The notes: a model not told the origin generated them from the letters alone. A stretch of 64,000 nucleotides of DNA from an uncultured Nitrososphaerota archaeon (GCA_963718895.1 CAVRAG010000008.1:320001-384000), one strand, 5' to 3'. Numbered from the stretch's first letter, positions 47,417 to 60,213 are shown. Numbers and translations are program-made.

Positions 47417-50400
47417 TCAGCCCATGTAGAGGTCTACGATCCCAGTCCCAACGGGTATCGGGAGGCCTACAATAACGTTCTCGGTCACGCCCTTGAGCTC
47501 CTCAGACTCGCCCCGAATGGCCGCCTCGGCGAGGGTGGGGACCGTGATCTCGAAAGCCGCCCTTGCCAGCACCGAGGTCTTTGTCCCTGCGATTCCGTGC
47601 CTTCCAATCTGCTGCAGGTAGCCCTTCGAGGTCATCAGGTCGGCGACTATGAAGATGTGTCTCACGTCGACCTCGAGGCCCTGCTCGTCCAGGGTGCCCA
47701 TGACCTCCCGGATGAGGGTGGCACGGGCGGCCTCGATGCCGAGGACCTGGGCGACCTCGTGGATGTTGTTGGTGTATATTCTGCTCGTGTCGACGCCCGG
47801 GATCTGGATGACCTTCGCCAGGTTAGAGCCGGCCGTCTGGATGACCCACTCCTCGTTGTCCTGTACGACCGTGACCCTGCTTATGCCTGGGATGCCCTTG
47901 AGCTTCATGTTGAGGAGCTTGTTGCGGAGGGTGAAGAGGGTGGAGAGGTCCGCGTTCTCGAGATTGACCCGTATGACCTTGCCGTTCTTGTCGAACTGGA
48001 CGTTCCTCTTGCCTGTCTCAAGCACCTCGGCGACGTCGTCGACCTTGACGTTGCGGTCGGCCATCATCTGCTCGTTGACGTGCAGCTTGATCCCTTCAGT
48101 CGGGTCGACCTCGCTGTACTCCACGCACTGACCCGACCTTCGTGAAGAGCAGGTCGTTGGCGACCTTCAGCGCCTTTTCTCGTGAGTGCTTGTACTCCTC
48201 CGTGAGATAGACGTCCATTGACGGCTTGGCCGGGATCTTCCTGGCGTCCACGAGTTCCATCAGCCTTGGAAGGCCGAGGGTGACGTCGCGCTCCTTGACG
48301 CCTGCGAAGTGGAAGGTCCTGAGTGTCATCTGGGTGCCCGGCTCGCCTATGGACTGGGCCGCGACGATCCCGGAGGCCTCTCCGGGCTCGACCGTAGCGT
48401 AGTCGATGGACTCCATGACCTTGTCGAGCACGTTCCTCGCGCCCTCCTCGGTGAGGTGGCTCTCCGAGAGCCTCTGCTGGAGCTCCTCGAAGAGGCGCTT
48501 GTTGAGCTTGTTCTGGTACTTCTTGAGGAGAGCCTCTGCCTCCTTCTCCCCGAACTTCCCGCGCGAGGCGTTCATGAGCCCTTCGGCGCTGATCACCCTG
48601 TCGAGGTTCACCGGGCGACCGTGGTCGCTCTTGGCCGGGTCTATGCCGTCCTCGCCGTAGAGGAACTGGATGATGTTTCCTCCCGGGTCTCTGACGGTGA
48701 GGTCGTACTCTACGCGGAGGTGCTCCATGGCGTTGACGAGGCGCCTCTGCATGTAGCCTGACTGCTGGGTCCTGACCGCCGTGTCGACCAGTCCCTCCCT
48801 GCCTCCCATGGCGTGGAAGAAGAACTCCGTCGGCGTGAGCCCGTCCCTGTAGTTCCTCTTGACGAACCCCTTCGCCTCGGGCGAGAGGTCGTAGGGGAGG
48901 AAGTGGCTGAGGGAGCGCCCGCGGAGGCCCTTCTCGATCCTCTTGCCTCTGACCGACTGCTGTCCGAGGGCCGCGGTCATCTGCCCGAGGTTGAGGCTGA
49001 AGAGCCCCTTGCGCCGGTCCTAGCCATGATCACTCCCGAGTTCTCGGTCGAGAACGACTTGTCGGCGATCCTGCCCGCCCTGTCCCTGGACTTGGAGAGC
49101 TCGTTCACTATGTAGAACTCGAGCGAGCCCTCGGGTGAGAGACCCCTGGTGAGAGGGAGGGTGCCCGCCTTGTACTTCTTGATGAGCTCGGTCACGTTGT
49201 CGTAGGCCTCCTGGAGCGTGTCGGCAATCTTCTGGACCGCTTCAGGGGAGAGCCTCAGCTCGTTGAATCCGTAGGTGAATCCTCTCCTGGTGATGTAGGT
49301 CTTGAGGACGGCGAGGATGGAGTTGAGGAAGCGCCTCGCCTGGTCGTTGCCGTAGTCCTTGGCGATGCGGTGAAGGAGGCTGTCGGGCTCCTCTGCCCCT
49401 ATGGCCGCCTTGTCGATGACTCCCGAGATGAGCTCGCCGTCCTTTATGACGACATCGTTCGCCTCTCCGGTCTTCGCCTTGCCCCACTTGGAGGTGAGGA
49501 CGAAGTTGAGGTCCTTCGGCAGGAAGAGCGAGAAGAGCTGCTTGCCCGTGTACATCGGGTTGGCACCCTTGACCTTGGGCTCTGGGAGGTCGCCCTGGAA
49601 GTCGCCTGCGAGGGCGAGGTTCGTGAACTGCTCCGGTGTCAGGAACGTCTCGTCCCTAGTGAGCAGATAGGCTCCCGTGAGGAAGTCCCTGATCGCGCCG
49701 ATGATCGGGCCGCCGTACCTCGGCGAGAGGATCTGGTCCTGGACGCGCATGAGCATGAGTGCCTCGGAGCGAGACTCCTCGCTCTGGGGGACGTGCAGGT
49801 TCATCTCGTCGCCATCGAAGTCCGCGTTGTAGGGAGGGCAGACCGACGGATGGAGCCTGAAGGTCCTGAACGGGAGGACTTTGACCTGATGAGCCATGAC
49901 CGACATTCGGTGAAGTGACGGCTGCCTGTTGAAGAGGACGATGTCCCCGTCCATCAGGTGCCTCTCGACGATGAACCCAGGAGCTATCGAGTCCGCGAGC
50001 GCCTTCTTGTCGCTCGCAAAGTCGAGTCTGATCTTGACGCCGTCGGGTCGGATCACGTAGTTCGCTCCGGGGTGCTCGAAGGGGCCCTTGGTGACGAGCG
50101 CCTTGAGTGACTCGATGTTCCACTGCGGAGACCTTCTCTGGTATCGTGAGCTTCTTCGCCACCTCGAACGGGATTCCGACCTCGCTGATGTCGAGGCTGG
50201 GGTCCGGACTGATCACCGTGCGGCTGGAGAAGTCGACCCTCTTGCCCGACAGCGAACCCCTGAACCGCCCCTCCTTGCCCTTCAGCCTCTGGCTGAGCGT
50301 CTTGAGCGGCCTCCCAGACCTGTGGTGCGCCTGAGGTATGCCGGAGACCTCGTTGTCGAAGTAGGTCGTGACGTGATAGTGAAGCAGGTCCACGAGGTCC

Positions 50401-51203
50401 TGGACGATCAGGTGGGGAGTGCCAGATTCCTTCGCCTCCCGGACCCTCTGGTTGACCCTGAGGATGTCGACGATCTTGTGGGTGAGGTCGTCCTCGGACC
50501 TGATGCCGGATTCCAGCGTGATCGAGGGCCTGACCGTGAGCGGTGGTACGGGTAGGACCTGCAGGACGAACCACTCCGGGCGGGCGACCTTCGGGTTGTA
50601 GGCGACGAGCTCGAGGTCCTCGTTCGTGATCCTCTCAAGCCTCTCGCGGACCGCGCCGGGGAGGAGCCTCGTGGCGCCCCCTTCCTCCGTGATCTCGTGG
50701 AAGATCGTCGGCTTGGTGAGCTCGATCTGGTACTGCTGCTTGCCGCAGTGAGGGCAGAGCTTGACCTTCTTCGCCTTCGTGAGAATCTCCTTTGCGATCT
50801 CCTCGGTGAGCGTCGGGGTGAACTCGGTCACGTTCTTGATCCTCGCGCCGTAGGCCTCGAGTTCTGGGGTGGGGAGCAGGAGTCTGCCGCAGGTCCTGCA
50901 GGTGGCCTGGATGAGCTTGTTAATGTCGCTGACGAACGCCATGTGTAGGACGGGCTCCGCTAGCTCGATGTGCCCAAAGTGGCCAGGGCAGCGTGATGCG
51001 GTGTTCCCGCAGGTGGAGCACTTCTGTCCTGGCTCGAGGGTGCCCAGGCGACCGTCCATCAGGCCGCCCTGGACGGGCATGCCGTCTTCGTCGTAGGTCT
51101 CCGGCTGGGTGATCTCTGCGACCGAATACTTCCTGATCTCGGTGGGAGACAGGAGGGCGAAGTCTATCTTGCGGATCGTTCTGAGCGCTTCTTCCATTGC
51201 CAT
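47417..51203 (-). CDS. rpoA: RNA polymerase subunit Rpo1 (unsplit A'A''), three apparent frameshifts
   Basis: [45 protein letters not shown]; the A'-type end and A''-type start are continuous in ORF 48096..48980. Confidence 0.97.
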
Positions 51204-51215
51204 CTTATTTCACCA

Positions 51216-54200
51216 CTACACCGCGTCCTTCAGCCTCAGCCTGGGCGCTATGTTCAGGCTCATCATCTCCTGAAGGAGGAGCTTGAAGGCGTAGGCCACG
51301 ACCACCGTTGAGATCTTTGCCTGGTCACCGTCTATCTTGCACGCGTACTTGCGCTGCTTGGCGTCATAGTAGGCTATCAGGCCGCACTTCTCGCAGACGT
51401 TGATCTCGGTCTTGTCGGCCTCGTCGAGGAGCCTGTCCTTCAGGACCATCGACGCGCCGTAGGCTATGAGACAGTCCCTCTCCATCTCCCCGAACCTGAG
51501 GCCCCCTCCTCGGGCCCTTCCCTCGGTCGGCTGCTTCGTGAGCATCTGGACCTGCCCGCGCGCCCGCGCGTGGATCTTGTCAGCGACCATGTGGTGAAGC
51601 TTCTGGTAGTAGACGACTCCTATGAAGACGTCGACGGCGAACTTCTTCCCGGTCTTGCCGTCGTACAGTACCTCTCTGCCCGTCTTCTCGAAGCCGCGGT
51701 CCTCGAGGATCTTCTCGAAGTCTTCGGGCGTCTCGCCGGCGAAGCCCGTGCCGTCGGCCGGGTACCCTCTCAGCGAGGCTCCCTTTCCTGCGATCGACTC
51801 GATGAACTGGCCAACGGTCATCCTCGACGGGAAGGCGTGCGGGTTGATGATCACGTCAGGGACGACGCCGTCTGTGGTGTACGGCATGTCCTCCTGGGGG
51901 ACGACGAGCCCCACGACGCCCTTCTGGCCGTGTCTCGATGCGAACTTGTCTCCTATCTCGGGGGTCCGCATGTCCCTGACCCTTACCTTGAACATCTTGC
52001 CGCCCTCGACGTTCTCTGTCATGAAGACGGCGTCGACGACGCCGGTCTCGGTCGGCCTGACGGAGACCGACGTGTCCCTCCGGTAGGGGCCCTTTATCTC
52101 GAACTCCTTGTACTCCTCCATGAACCTAGGAGGGGACGTCCTGCCTATCACGACGTCGCCCCCCGTCACCTGGGACTCGTGCATGACGACGCCGTCGCCT
52201 TCGAGCAGCCTGTAGAACTTCTCTCCTCTGTAGCCCCTGATGTTGGACTCGGCGGAAGGTACCTCGAACGTGTCGCGCATACCGCCCAAGTACTGCTTCG
52301 ACTCACCTTCGTAGAGCCTGTAGAAGAATGAACGGGCGAAGCCCCTCTCGATGCTCGACTTGTTCATGATTATGGCGTCCTCGATGTTGTAGCCCTCGAA
52401 GGAGAGGACGGCCACGACGGCGTTCGTGCCGAACGGCCTCTCGGTGATGTTGAGCAGTTCGGTCGACTTGGTCTTCACCATGGGAGACTGTGGGTTGACG
52501 AGCAGGTGCTGCCTGACGAACGTGGAGAGCGGGTACGTGGGTGTGGAGAAGCCCAGCGACTGCTTGGCCATCGCGGACTCGTATGTGTTCCTCGGAGACT
52601 GGTTGTGCTCGGGATAGGGGATGATCGAGGCAGCGATCCCGAACATGGCTCCGGGGTACAGCTCGAGGTGCGTATGCCTGGAGGTTATCTCATCAGGAGA
52701 CATCGCGAGGAGGCAGTTCTCCTCCTCGTTCGCGTCGATGAGCTCGACGACGCCGCGCTCGACGAGGTCTCTCCATGTCAGCTCGCCGGCGACTACCTTC
52801 GTGAGCATGTCCTGGGTGAGGAGGGGCTTGCCGTTCTCTGCAACAATCAGCGGCCTCATGACCCTCCCGGCGCTCAGGCTGACGTAGAGCCTCGCGTAGC
52901 CCTTCTTGTTGAGTGGCGCGTAGTAGAGGACGCTGGCGCTCGGGTTGATCTGGCCCTCCCTCCTGAGCTTCCTGAAGGCCTTGGCCAGTCGTTCTCCGTC
53001 GTCGACGTATCCTATGAACCTCCCATCCATGAATATCTTGCAGCCCTCGACCGCGAGTTTCTCCGGGATGTCGCGGATCGGCTTCGCGCCGAGCTCCCAG
53101 AGCCTCTCTTCGACCTCAGAGGGCGGGACACTCACCGAGATGGTGGCCGAGAGGGCCAGGTTCTTGACCAGACCGCAGTTCACTCCTTCGGGGGTCTCGG
53201 AGGGACAGATCCTTCCGAAGTGGGTCGCGTGGAGGTCTCTCGCCTCGAAGTTCGGCTGCGACCGGCTCAGCGGGGACTGGACGCGTCGGAGATGGCTCAG
53301 GGTGCTGAGGTAGTTTGTGCGGTCCAGGAGCTGGGTCACTCCGACCTTGCCCCTTCCCCAGTTGCCCGTCGCGATTGCGTTGTTGAGCTTGTCGGTGATG
53401 ATGCCGGTCCTGATGGCCGCGCCGACGACGTTGCCTCCTCTCTTCTGGCCGGCCCTCTCGAGCTGGTACTTCATGTCCCTGACCAGGTTCCTGAAGGAGG
53501 TCCTGAAAAGGTCGGCGAGCATCTGTCCGGCGAACTTGATTACCTTGTTGCCGTAGTGGTCCTTGTCGTCCTGCTCGATCCAGCCCAGCCTGAGCTCCAT
53601 GAGCTTGCAGACGGCCTCGCCGAGGAACATCGCCTTGTCGTACCTCTTGTCGTCGGCCTTGCCGAGGTGCGGAAGGAAACCCCAGTCGAGCATCGACTGT
53701 GCCCTCTTAATCCTGAACTCTTCGAGCATCCCGTGCGCGACCCTGTTGCCGATGTAGACGAGCGCGTCCTTGTCGGTGGGCGCCTCGTTGGCCTTGTCGA
53801 AAGAGACCTCGAGAAGGTCCTGGATCTCCTGTTTGGGTGAGACTGCGTTGGCGATGTCCTTGTCGGACTTAATCCCGAGCGCCCTCATGATTATCACGAA
53901 CGGGAGGTCGACCGGGCAGCTCGGTATCTTGACGTTGATCGCTCCGTCCTGCTTCAGCGTGACCTCGAGCTTCGACCGGTAGCCCACCACCGAGGAGTAG
54001 ACGCGTGCCTTGTAGGTGACGACTCCTCCGGCCTTCTCGATGTCGACAAGTATCTTGTTGGGGGACAGGTCCTCCAAGCCGACTATGACCCTCTCCGAAC
54101 CGTTGATGATGAAGTAGCCTCCTGGGTCCTTCGGGTCCTCGCTTGCGTTGATCAGCTGTTCCTTCGTCATCTTGGAGAGCTGGCAGAGGTCGGACTTGAC

Positions 54201-54582
54201 CATGACGGGAAGGTCGCCTATGTGCTGACGGGTCGCCTCGCGGGACATCCCCTCCTCTTCAATCGTCATGTCTAGGTAGATCGGAGAGGCATATGAGAGG
54301 TTCCTGAGTCGAGCCTCCATCGGGAAGACGTTGCTGACCGAGCCGTCTATCTCGATGACCCTCGGCCTGCCAAGTTCGACCTTGCCGAACTTGACCTTGT
54401 AGGGAGTGCTGACGGTCTCGATCTCAACGTCCGCCGATCTCGTCTATTATCGACTGTAGCCCTTTCAGGATGAACTCGTTGTAACTGTTCAGGTGCTGCC
54501 TTGCGACACCCTCTTTCTCGAGGAGGTCCTGGAGGACTATCCACGAGTCGTACGGCCTTGCTGTCTGCTTGCTCATCGTCAT
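51216..54582 (-). CDS. rpoB: RNA polymerase subunit Rpo2 (B), frameshift near 54430
   Basis: RQHLNSYNEF N-terminus (hand translation), GDKFASRHGQKG, GGLRFGEMERDC. Confidence 0.98.
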
Positions 54583-54851
54583 GCTTCCACCACGTACCTG
54601 TAGTAGACGGTCTCACCGGCCGTCTCACTCTTCCTCGTGATCCTGATGAAGTCGCCGGCCTTCGCGCCGATTGACTTGGCGGCCGGGTCGGTGGACGAGA
54701 TGAAGGGAAGCTGGTGGGGCATCGCGTTGTACTTGCTGAGTACACCGCGAGCCTCCTCTGGGGTCAGAAGCTCGTGCTTCGGCACCAGGAAATGGTCGGT
54801 AATCTTGAACGGCAGTTCTTCCTCCTCTTTCTTAGCTTTCGTCCTAGCCAT
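54579..54851 (-). CDS. rpoH: RNA polymerase subunit Rpo5 (H)
   Basis: HFLVPKHELL, QLPFI, RKSETAG, YRYV. Confidence 0.98.
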   Translation of the reverse strand: MARTKAKKEEEELPFKITDHFLVPKHELLTPEEARGVLSKYNAMPHQLPFISSTDPAAKSIGAKAGDFIRITRKSETAGETVYYRYVVEA

Positions 54852-55018
54852 CAGGCTAACACTTCCCCATCGACAGTACGCCCTAGAAACAGTCTACAAT
54901 GCACTCTAAGGAACGCCAGGAAAAAGGCCCCCGGCGGGAGCTATATAAAGGCTTCAGTTGGCTCCTTTTAAGGCTTTGCGAGGATTGTACCATCCGGTCT
55001 CGGCAAGGACGCCGAGGA

Positions 55019-55645
55019 CTAATCCTTCGCTGTTCTTCCCTGAACGACCACCGTGCTGCGGGTGATGACGATTCGCTGGACGTCCTCCTTCTCAATCCTG
55101 AGTCGAATCGAGGGGTACTCGCCCACCGACCTTCTGTCGAGGTCTTCTATTATTATCCAGTGGTTGTTGAGCCTTCGCACGAGTTTGTCGCTTGAATTGT
55201 AGAACTCGAGGAAGCCTAGCGGCGGCTTGTTGCCCTTGGCCAGCTCCTTGCTGGTGAGGTGGAAGGCGTAGAGGATGTAGGTGTAGTCTTCTGGAACCTG
55301 GGTGTCTTCGCCCGTCTCCCTACCTTCCTTGAATGTCACCGTCAACGTCTCGGCGCCGGAATCCAAGGAGATGCTCTCGACCTCGTCCGCGAAGAACCGC
55401 TCCCGGACATGCCAGAAGGCCCTGCCCTGACCGTCTTTCCACTCGTACTGGGCAGCGCGGCCATGCTTGAGGACGACGCTCTTCCCCATGTGGGTACCTA
55501 CGTTCTGGTTGACCTCGTTGTAGAGTTGGACGAACCAGAGCTTCTTCTCGGTATCGAATCCGATGTCACCGAACTCCCAGATGGTCGAGGGAGCAGCAGG
55601 CGACTGCGGCGAGGGCGCAGGCTTGCTCCCGGAAGATTGGCTCAT
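55019..55645 (-). CDS. Hypothetical protein
   Basis: Start at MSQSSG, with TTTATAA about 25 bp upstream. Confidence 0.7.
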   Translation of the reverse strand: MSQSSGSKPAPSPQSPAAPSTIWEFGDIGFDTEKKLWFVQLYNEVNQNVGTHMGKSVVLKHGRAAQYEWKDGQGRAFWHVRERFFADEVESISLDSGAETLTVTFKEGRETGEDTQVPEDYTYILYAFHLTSKELAKGNKPPLGFLEFYNSSDKLVRRLNNHWIIIEDLDRRSVGEYPSIRLRIEKEDVQRIVITRSTVVVQGRTAKD

Positions 55646-55736
55646 GCGCGCCGCGCCTCTCGCTGAATTATAAAAGGGAGCGGTATGCCGGTACTCCTCG
55701 AGAGTCGCGTCATGGGTCGCATTCCCAAGTGTGGGT

Positions 55737-55967
55737 TCAGGGGCGATCGGAGCCATCACGACGGCGTAGACCGCTTAGCCAGTTTGTCAGGGAAAGAACG
55801 AGCACGGCGCTGACCACCGCGAGGAACGCCGCGGTGAGCAGCAATGATCCGAGGGCATAGGTGCCACCCAGGGTGCCGTTGAGATACCTCAACCCGAGGA
55901 TGACGCCAAGTATCACGATGGCGACAGAGGAGACAAGCGCACCGAAGACGACGCGTCCCTCGACCAA
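55737..55967 (-). CDS. Small two-TM membrane protein
   Basis: 76-aa hydrophobic ORF. Confidence 0.6.
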   Translation of the reverse strand: MVEGRVVFGALVSSVAIVILGVILGLRYLNGTLGGTYALGSLLLTAAFLAVVSAVLVLSLTNWLSGLRRRDGSDRP

Positions 55968-56222
55968 CTACGCCGCCTCGTCGTACCTGAGCAGCCGTCT
56001 AAGCCCGCTCGTGAAGACCCAGGCAGCGACCGGGAGGAAGAGGAAGAGCAGGCCGAGCTCGATGTAGCTCTCACCGAACGCGTTCGTGTCAATCGCCACA
56101 ACGAACTGGCCAGTGGCAGACCCGTTCAGAGCCGCCTCGAACCAGACCGACAGAAGGATGACGTAGACGCTCAGAAGGAAGGCAACGCCGGTTGCAAGGT
56201 ATGCCCTCACTAGACGATTCAC
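55968..56222 (-). CDS. Small two-TM membrane protein
   Basis: 84-aa hydrophobic ORF abutting the next gene. Confidence 0.6.
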   Translation of the reverse strand: MNRLVRAYLATGVAFLLSVYVILLSVWFEAALNGSATGQFVVAIDTNAFGESYIELGLLFLFLPVAAWVFTSGLRRLLRYDEAA

Positions 56223-56304
56223 GTTCCTCTCAGGCGAGGCTCAGGTATTAGAGTTATCAGGACAGGCCGTCTCTCGCAGCAGCTTGGACTGTGCGTGGTC
56301 CACC

Positions 56305-57108
56305 TCAGACGTCCCTTACCTGGGCGCCCGCGGTCCATCCCCCGTCCACGACGAGGGTATGGCCCGTGATATAGGACGCGAGGTCAGAGGAGAGGAAGAG
56401 GACGCCCTGCGCAATCTCCCTTGGTTCGCCGCCACGCCCCAGAGGTATGTAGGTCAGCATCTTCTCGGCCCACTCCTTGTTCGCGTAGAGTCCCTTCTTC
56501 ACGCCCTCGGTCAGTGTACTCCCAGGGGCGACGCAGTTCACCGCCACATGATGAGGCGCGAGTTCGAGGGCCATCGCCTGGGTGAGCCTGATCACACCAG
56601 CCTTGGCGGCGACGAAGTTGGACTGGAGCCTTAGAGCCGCAATCCCTGCGGTCGATGCGATGTTGACTATCCTGCCGCTCTTCCGCTTGATCATCTCAAG
56701 TGATACCGCCTTCGCGCACAGCCATGTGCCCTTGATATCCACCTCGATCACGCGCAGCCAGTCTTCTTCGGGTTGTTCGAAAAAGGGCATCCTGTACTTC
56801 GTGTTTATCCCTGCGTTGTTGACCAGGACATCGACTTTCCCGAACTCATCCAGCGTTGATCTCACCATCCTCTCGACGTCCTTCGAGCTAGTGACGTCCG
56901 TGCCCATAGCTAGTGCCCTCCCTCCCGATCTCCGAATCTGTGAAGCCGTCGCTCTAGCTCCCTTCAGGTCCAGGTCAGGGATTACAACGTTCGCTCCCGC
57001 CTCCGAGAAGAGCAGCGCGGTCGCCTGACCTATCCCAGACCCCGCACCGGTGATAATCGCAGTTTTCCCCCTCAGGCTGATCGAGACCGCCAAGAGACTC
57101 AGCCCCAA
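56305..57108 (-). CDS. SDR-family oxidoreductase
   Basis: TGAGSGIG, NNAG, ITGHTLVVDGG; the catalytic YxxxK appears as FVAAK. Confidence 0.93.
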   Translation of the reverse strand: MGLSLLAVSISLRGKTAIITGAGSGIGQATALLFSEAGANVVIPDLDLKGARATASQIRRSGGRALAMGTDVTSSKDVERMVRSTLDEFGKVDVLVNNAGINTKYRMPFFEQPEEDWLRVIEVDIKGTWLCAKAVSLEMIKRKSGRIVNIASTAGIAALRLQSNFVAAKAGVIRLTQAMALELAPHHVAVNCVAPGSTLTEGVKKGLYANKEWAEKMLTYIPLGRGGEPREIAQGVLFLSSDLASYITGHTLVVDGGWTAGAQVRDV

Positions 57109-57134
57109 TCTTGCTCGCTCATTGTTAATAACTT

Positions 57135-58133
57135 ATGTCGGCCATGCGAGCTGCCGTGGCTTCAAAGAAGAGGATGTCCCTGGCCGAGTTCCGAAGGCTA
57201 ACGGCACGTCACAGCAACTGGTCGAGATGGGGCAAGCAAGATCAGCGCGGCACCCTGAACTACATCACTCCTGCGAGGATCCGTGGGGCGCGGGATGAGA
57301 TAAGGTCTGGAAGGTCTTTCTCCCTGGCCATCCCCCTCGATGCCCGGGGTCCCCAGCGCGGCCTCTTCGGGAGATTCAACCCCATCGTTCTCATGACGAG
57401 GGACGGCGGGGACGCGATCACTGGCGCCTATTCTGATGACTGGCTCGGCGGGGAGGAGAAGGAGACCAGGAGCGCCGACGAGGTGGTCGTGATGCCGACG
57501 CAGTGCGCGACCCACTGGGACTCGCTGGCGCACATAATCCACCGAGACGTCATGTACAACGGTCGGAGCGCCGCCGAGATCAGCAGCACGGGCGCCAAGG
57601 CCAACGGGATATTCGCGTCCCGGGACGGAATCGTCGGCCGCGGGGTGCTCCTTGACATCCCTCGGTCGAGGAAGAGGGACCATCTCGAGCCTGGGGAGGG
57701 GATCCCGAGCGCCTGGCTGGAGGGCGCGGCAAAGAGGCAGGGCGTGAAGGTCGGCGAGGGCGACATCGTCCTAGTGAGGACCGGGCACATGTGGGCCGCC
57801 CGGCACCGTGGCGACTGGGGAGATTACGCCGGGGGACCGGCCCCAGGTCTCTCTCTTGATGCTCTCGAGTGGATAGCGGAGAAAAGGGTCGCGGCGGTGG
57901 CGACCGACACCTGGGGCGTCGAAGTACAGCCCTTCGAGGTGAAGGAGGTGCACATCCCGTTCCACGTCGTCGCCATCGTCTACATGGGCCTGACCCTGGG
58001 CGAGATCTTCGAGCTCGACGCTCTCGCAGACGACTGTGCCAAGGACCAGAGGTACTCGTTCTTCCTAGCTGCGCAGCCTCTCCCCTTCACGAAGGGGGTG
58101 GCTTCTCCGATAAACCCGATTGCCATCAAGTAG
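57135..58133 (+). CDS. Cyclase (kynurenine formamidase-like) family protein
   Basis: WGKQDQRGTLN, THWDSLAH, GRGVLLD, SPINPIA. Confidence 0.9.
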   Translation: MSAMRAAVASKKRMSLAEFRRLTARHSNWSRWGKQDQRGTLNYITPARIRGARDEIRSGRSFSLAIPLDARGPQRGLFGRFNPIVLMTRDGGDAITGAYSDDWLGGEEKETRSADEVVVMPTQCATHWDSLAHIIHRDVMYNGRSAAEISSTGAKANGIFASRDGIVGRGVLLDIPRSRKRDHLEPGEGIPSAWLEGAAKRQGVKVGEGDIVLVRTGHMWAARHRGDWGDYAGGPAPGLSLDALEWIAEKRVAAVATDTWGVEVQPFEVKEVHIPFHVVAIVYMGLTLGEIFELDALADDCAKDQRYSFFLAAQPLPFTKGVASPINPIAIK

Positions 58134-58150
58134 CAGGGCGTAGGGCCCGT

Positions 58151-59150
58151 TCACGCAATCTCGCGGATGGCGGCGACGATCTTCTCGGTGCTTGGCAGGT
58201 ATGCGTTCTCCAGGACCGGGCTGAAAGGGACAGGAGTGTGCCCCCCTGTGACCATCCTGACGGGGGCGTCTAGGTACTCGAGGCCCCTCGTCGCGACCAG
58301 CGCGACGATGTCCGTAGCAACGCTGCACCTGGGATGGGATTCGTCGACCACGACGAGCCTCCCCGTCTTCTTCACAGAGGTCAGGATTGCGCCGTCGTCC
58401 ATGGGAGAGAGGGAGCGAGGGTCGATGACCTCGACGCCCGTCCCTGTCTTCTCGAGGTTCGAGGCCGCTTCGAGGGCGAGGCCCACCATCCTGCCTATCG
58501 CAACCACGGTCACGTCGCTTCCGGGGCGCTTGATGTCAGCCTTCCCGATGGGGATGGTGTACTGCTCCTCGGGGACCGGGCCCTTTGTCCCGTAGAGGAA
58601 CTTGTGCTCGAAGAAGAAGAGCGGGTCGTCCTGCCGGATTGCCGAGATCAGAAGGCCCTTCGCGTCGTAGGGAGTGGAGGGGGCGACACACTTCAGCCCC
58701 GGGATGTGAGTGACGATGGAAAGGAGAGACTGCGAGTGCTGACTCGCCGCGCTCGATGCCCCCGCCCCAAGCGGTCCTGACGACGAGGGGGACCTTGATC
58801 TTCCCACCGGACATGTAGCGCAGCTTCGCCGCCTGGTTGAGAATCTGGTCCATCGCGACGGCCATGAAGTCGGCGAACATCAGCTCGACGACGGGCTTCA
58901 GCCCCGTCATGGCCGCGCCCACCGAGGCCCCGAAGAAGCCGGCCTCAGAGATCGGCGTGTCGAGGACCCTCTCAGGGCCGAACTCCTTCAGCAACCCGGC
59001 GGTCGCGTTGAAGGAACCCTCACCCACCGCGATGTTCTCTCCGATGAGGAAGACGCGCGGGTCGCTCCTCATCTCCTGACGGAGGGCCTCGGTCACGGCG
59101 CCGACGTATGTCAGTTCCCTCGTGGTCTGCGCAATCATCTCAGCGGTCAC
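58151..59150 (-). CDS. 2-oxoacid/acetoin dehydrogenase E1 beta, frameshift near 58765
   Basis: DTPISEAG, QHSQ, PSTPYDAKGLL, EHK. Confidence 0.93.
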
Positions 59151-60124
59151 CCATAGCTCACGTAGACGTCCTCGAGATACTCTGCGGGGGCAGGCACCGG
59201 GCTCTCTTCGGCAAACCTGACGGCCTCAGAGACCTTTGCCTTGGCGGCGCTCTCCATCTTCGTGAAGTCCGCCTCCGACAGGAGGCCTTGCTCGATCATC
59301 ATTCCCTTGAGCTTGAGGATGGGATCCTTCTTCCTCCACTCGTCGACCTCACTCTGGGTCCTGTAGACCTGCTGGTCCCCCTCAAAATGGCCCCTGAACC
59401 TGTAGGTCTTCGCCTCAATCAGTGCGGGACCCTTTCCGGCCCTTGCGTCTCGGACTGCCTCTCCCACCTTCTCGTAGACCGCAAGGACGTCCATTCCATC
59501 GACCATCACCCCTGGCATGTTGTAAGCCGCCGCCCTCACGGAGACATCGGGAACCGAGCTGTCCAGCTCGTGTCTCGTGAACTGCCCGAACTGATTGTTC
59601 TCGCAGACGAAGATGACGGGCAGCTTCCACAAGCCCGCGATGTTCATGGACTCATGGAGTGCCCCCTGATTCGCCGCGGCGTCGCCGAAGAAGCAGACCG
59701 TGACCTGGTCGGTCTTCCTGTACTTTGACGAGAGGCCCGCCCCCACGGCCAGCGGCGCACCACCGGCGACTATCCCGTTTGCCCCCAGCATCCCGATGCT
59801 GAAGTCGAAGATGTGCATGGAGCCCCCCTTGCCCCTGCTGGTCCCCGTCTCCTTGCCGTAGAGCTCTGCCATCATGGCGTTGACCTCGACTCCCTTCGCT
59901 ATGCAGTGGCCATGACCTCTGTGGGTGCTCGTGATGTAATCGTCATCCCGGAGGTTCGCGCATACTCCGACCGGGACGGCCTCTTCACCGACGGAGAGGT
60001 GTATGAACCCCGGAAGCTTCCCGGTGGAGAAGATCTCTCCGACCGCAAGCTCGAAGTTCCTTATCAGCAGCATCTTGCCCAGGAGGGCGTTCAGCCTCTC
60101 GGCTGAGAGTTGTCGGAGACTCAT
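59147..60124 (-). CDS. 2-oxoacid/acetoin dehydrogenase E1 alpha (TPP-dependent)
   Basis: STHRGHGH, GKGGSMH, GDAAANQG...ENN, TYRFRGH. Confidence 0.95.
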   Translation of the reverse strand: MSLRQLSAERLNALLGKMLLIRNFELAVGEIFSTGKLPGFIHLSVGEEAVPVGVCANLRDDDYITSTHRGHGHCIAKGVEVNAMMAELYGKETGTSRGKGGSMHIFDFSIGMLGANGIVAGGAPLAVGAGLSSKYRKTDQVTVCFFGDAAANQGALHESMNIAGLWKLPVIFVCENNQFGQFTRHELDSSVPDVSVRAAAYNMPGVMVDGMDVLAVYEKVGEAVRDARAGKGPALIEAKTYRFRGHFEGDQQVYRTQSEVDEWRKKDPILKLKGMMIEQGLLSEADFTKMESAAKAKVSEAVRFAEESPVPAPAEYLEDVYVSYG

Positions 60125-60213
60125 GCAGGACCGCGACAGAGTGAGGTTTTTGATTTAAGGCTTTACAGTCGACCTCAGGTTTATCTTACGCCGGGGCAGG
60201 CGGGTAGGCCACA

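Noticed and set aside
47417-51203. Split rpoA'/rpoA'' or inteins
   Set aside because: The breaks do not coincide with the canonical A'/A'' split, total length fits an unsplit Rpo1, and there are no insertions.
1582-59150. Frameshifts in the hydrogenase large subunit, cytochrome b, flippase, VOC, rps7, rpoA (three), rpoB and E1beta as pseudogenes or programmed frameshifts
   Set aside because: Single-base indels hit essential genes, often at short G/C runs, with no shared slippery motif. Sequencing or assembly error is the simplest explanation.
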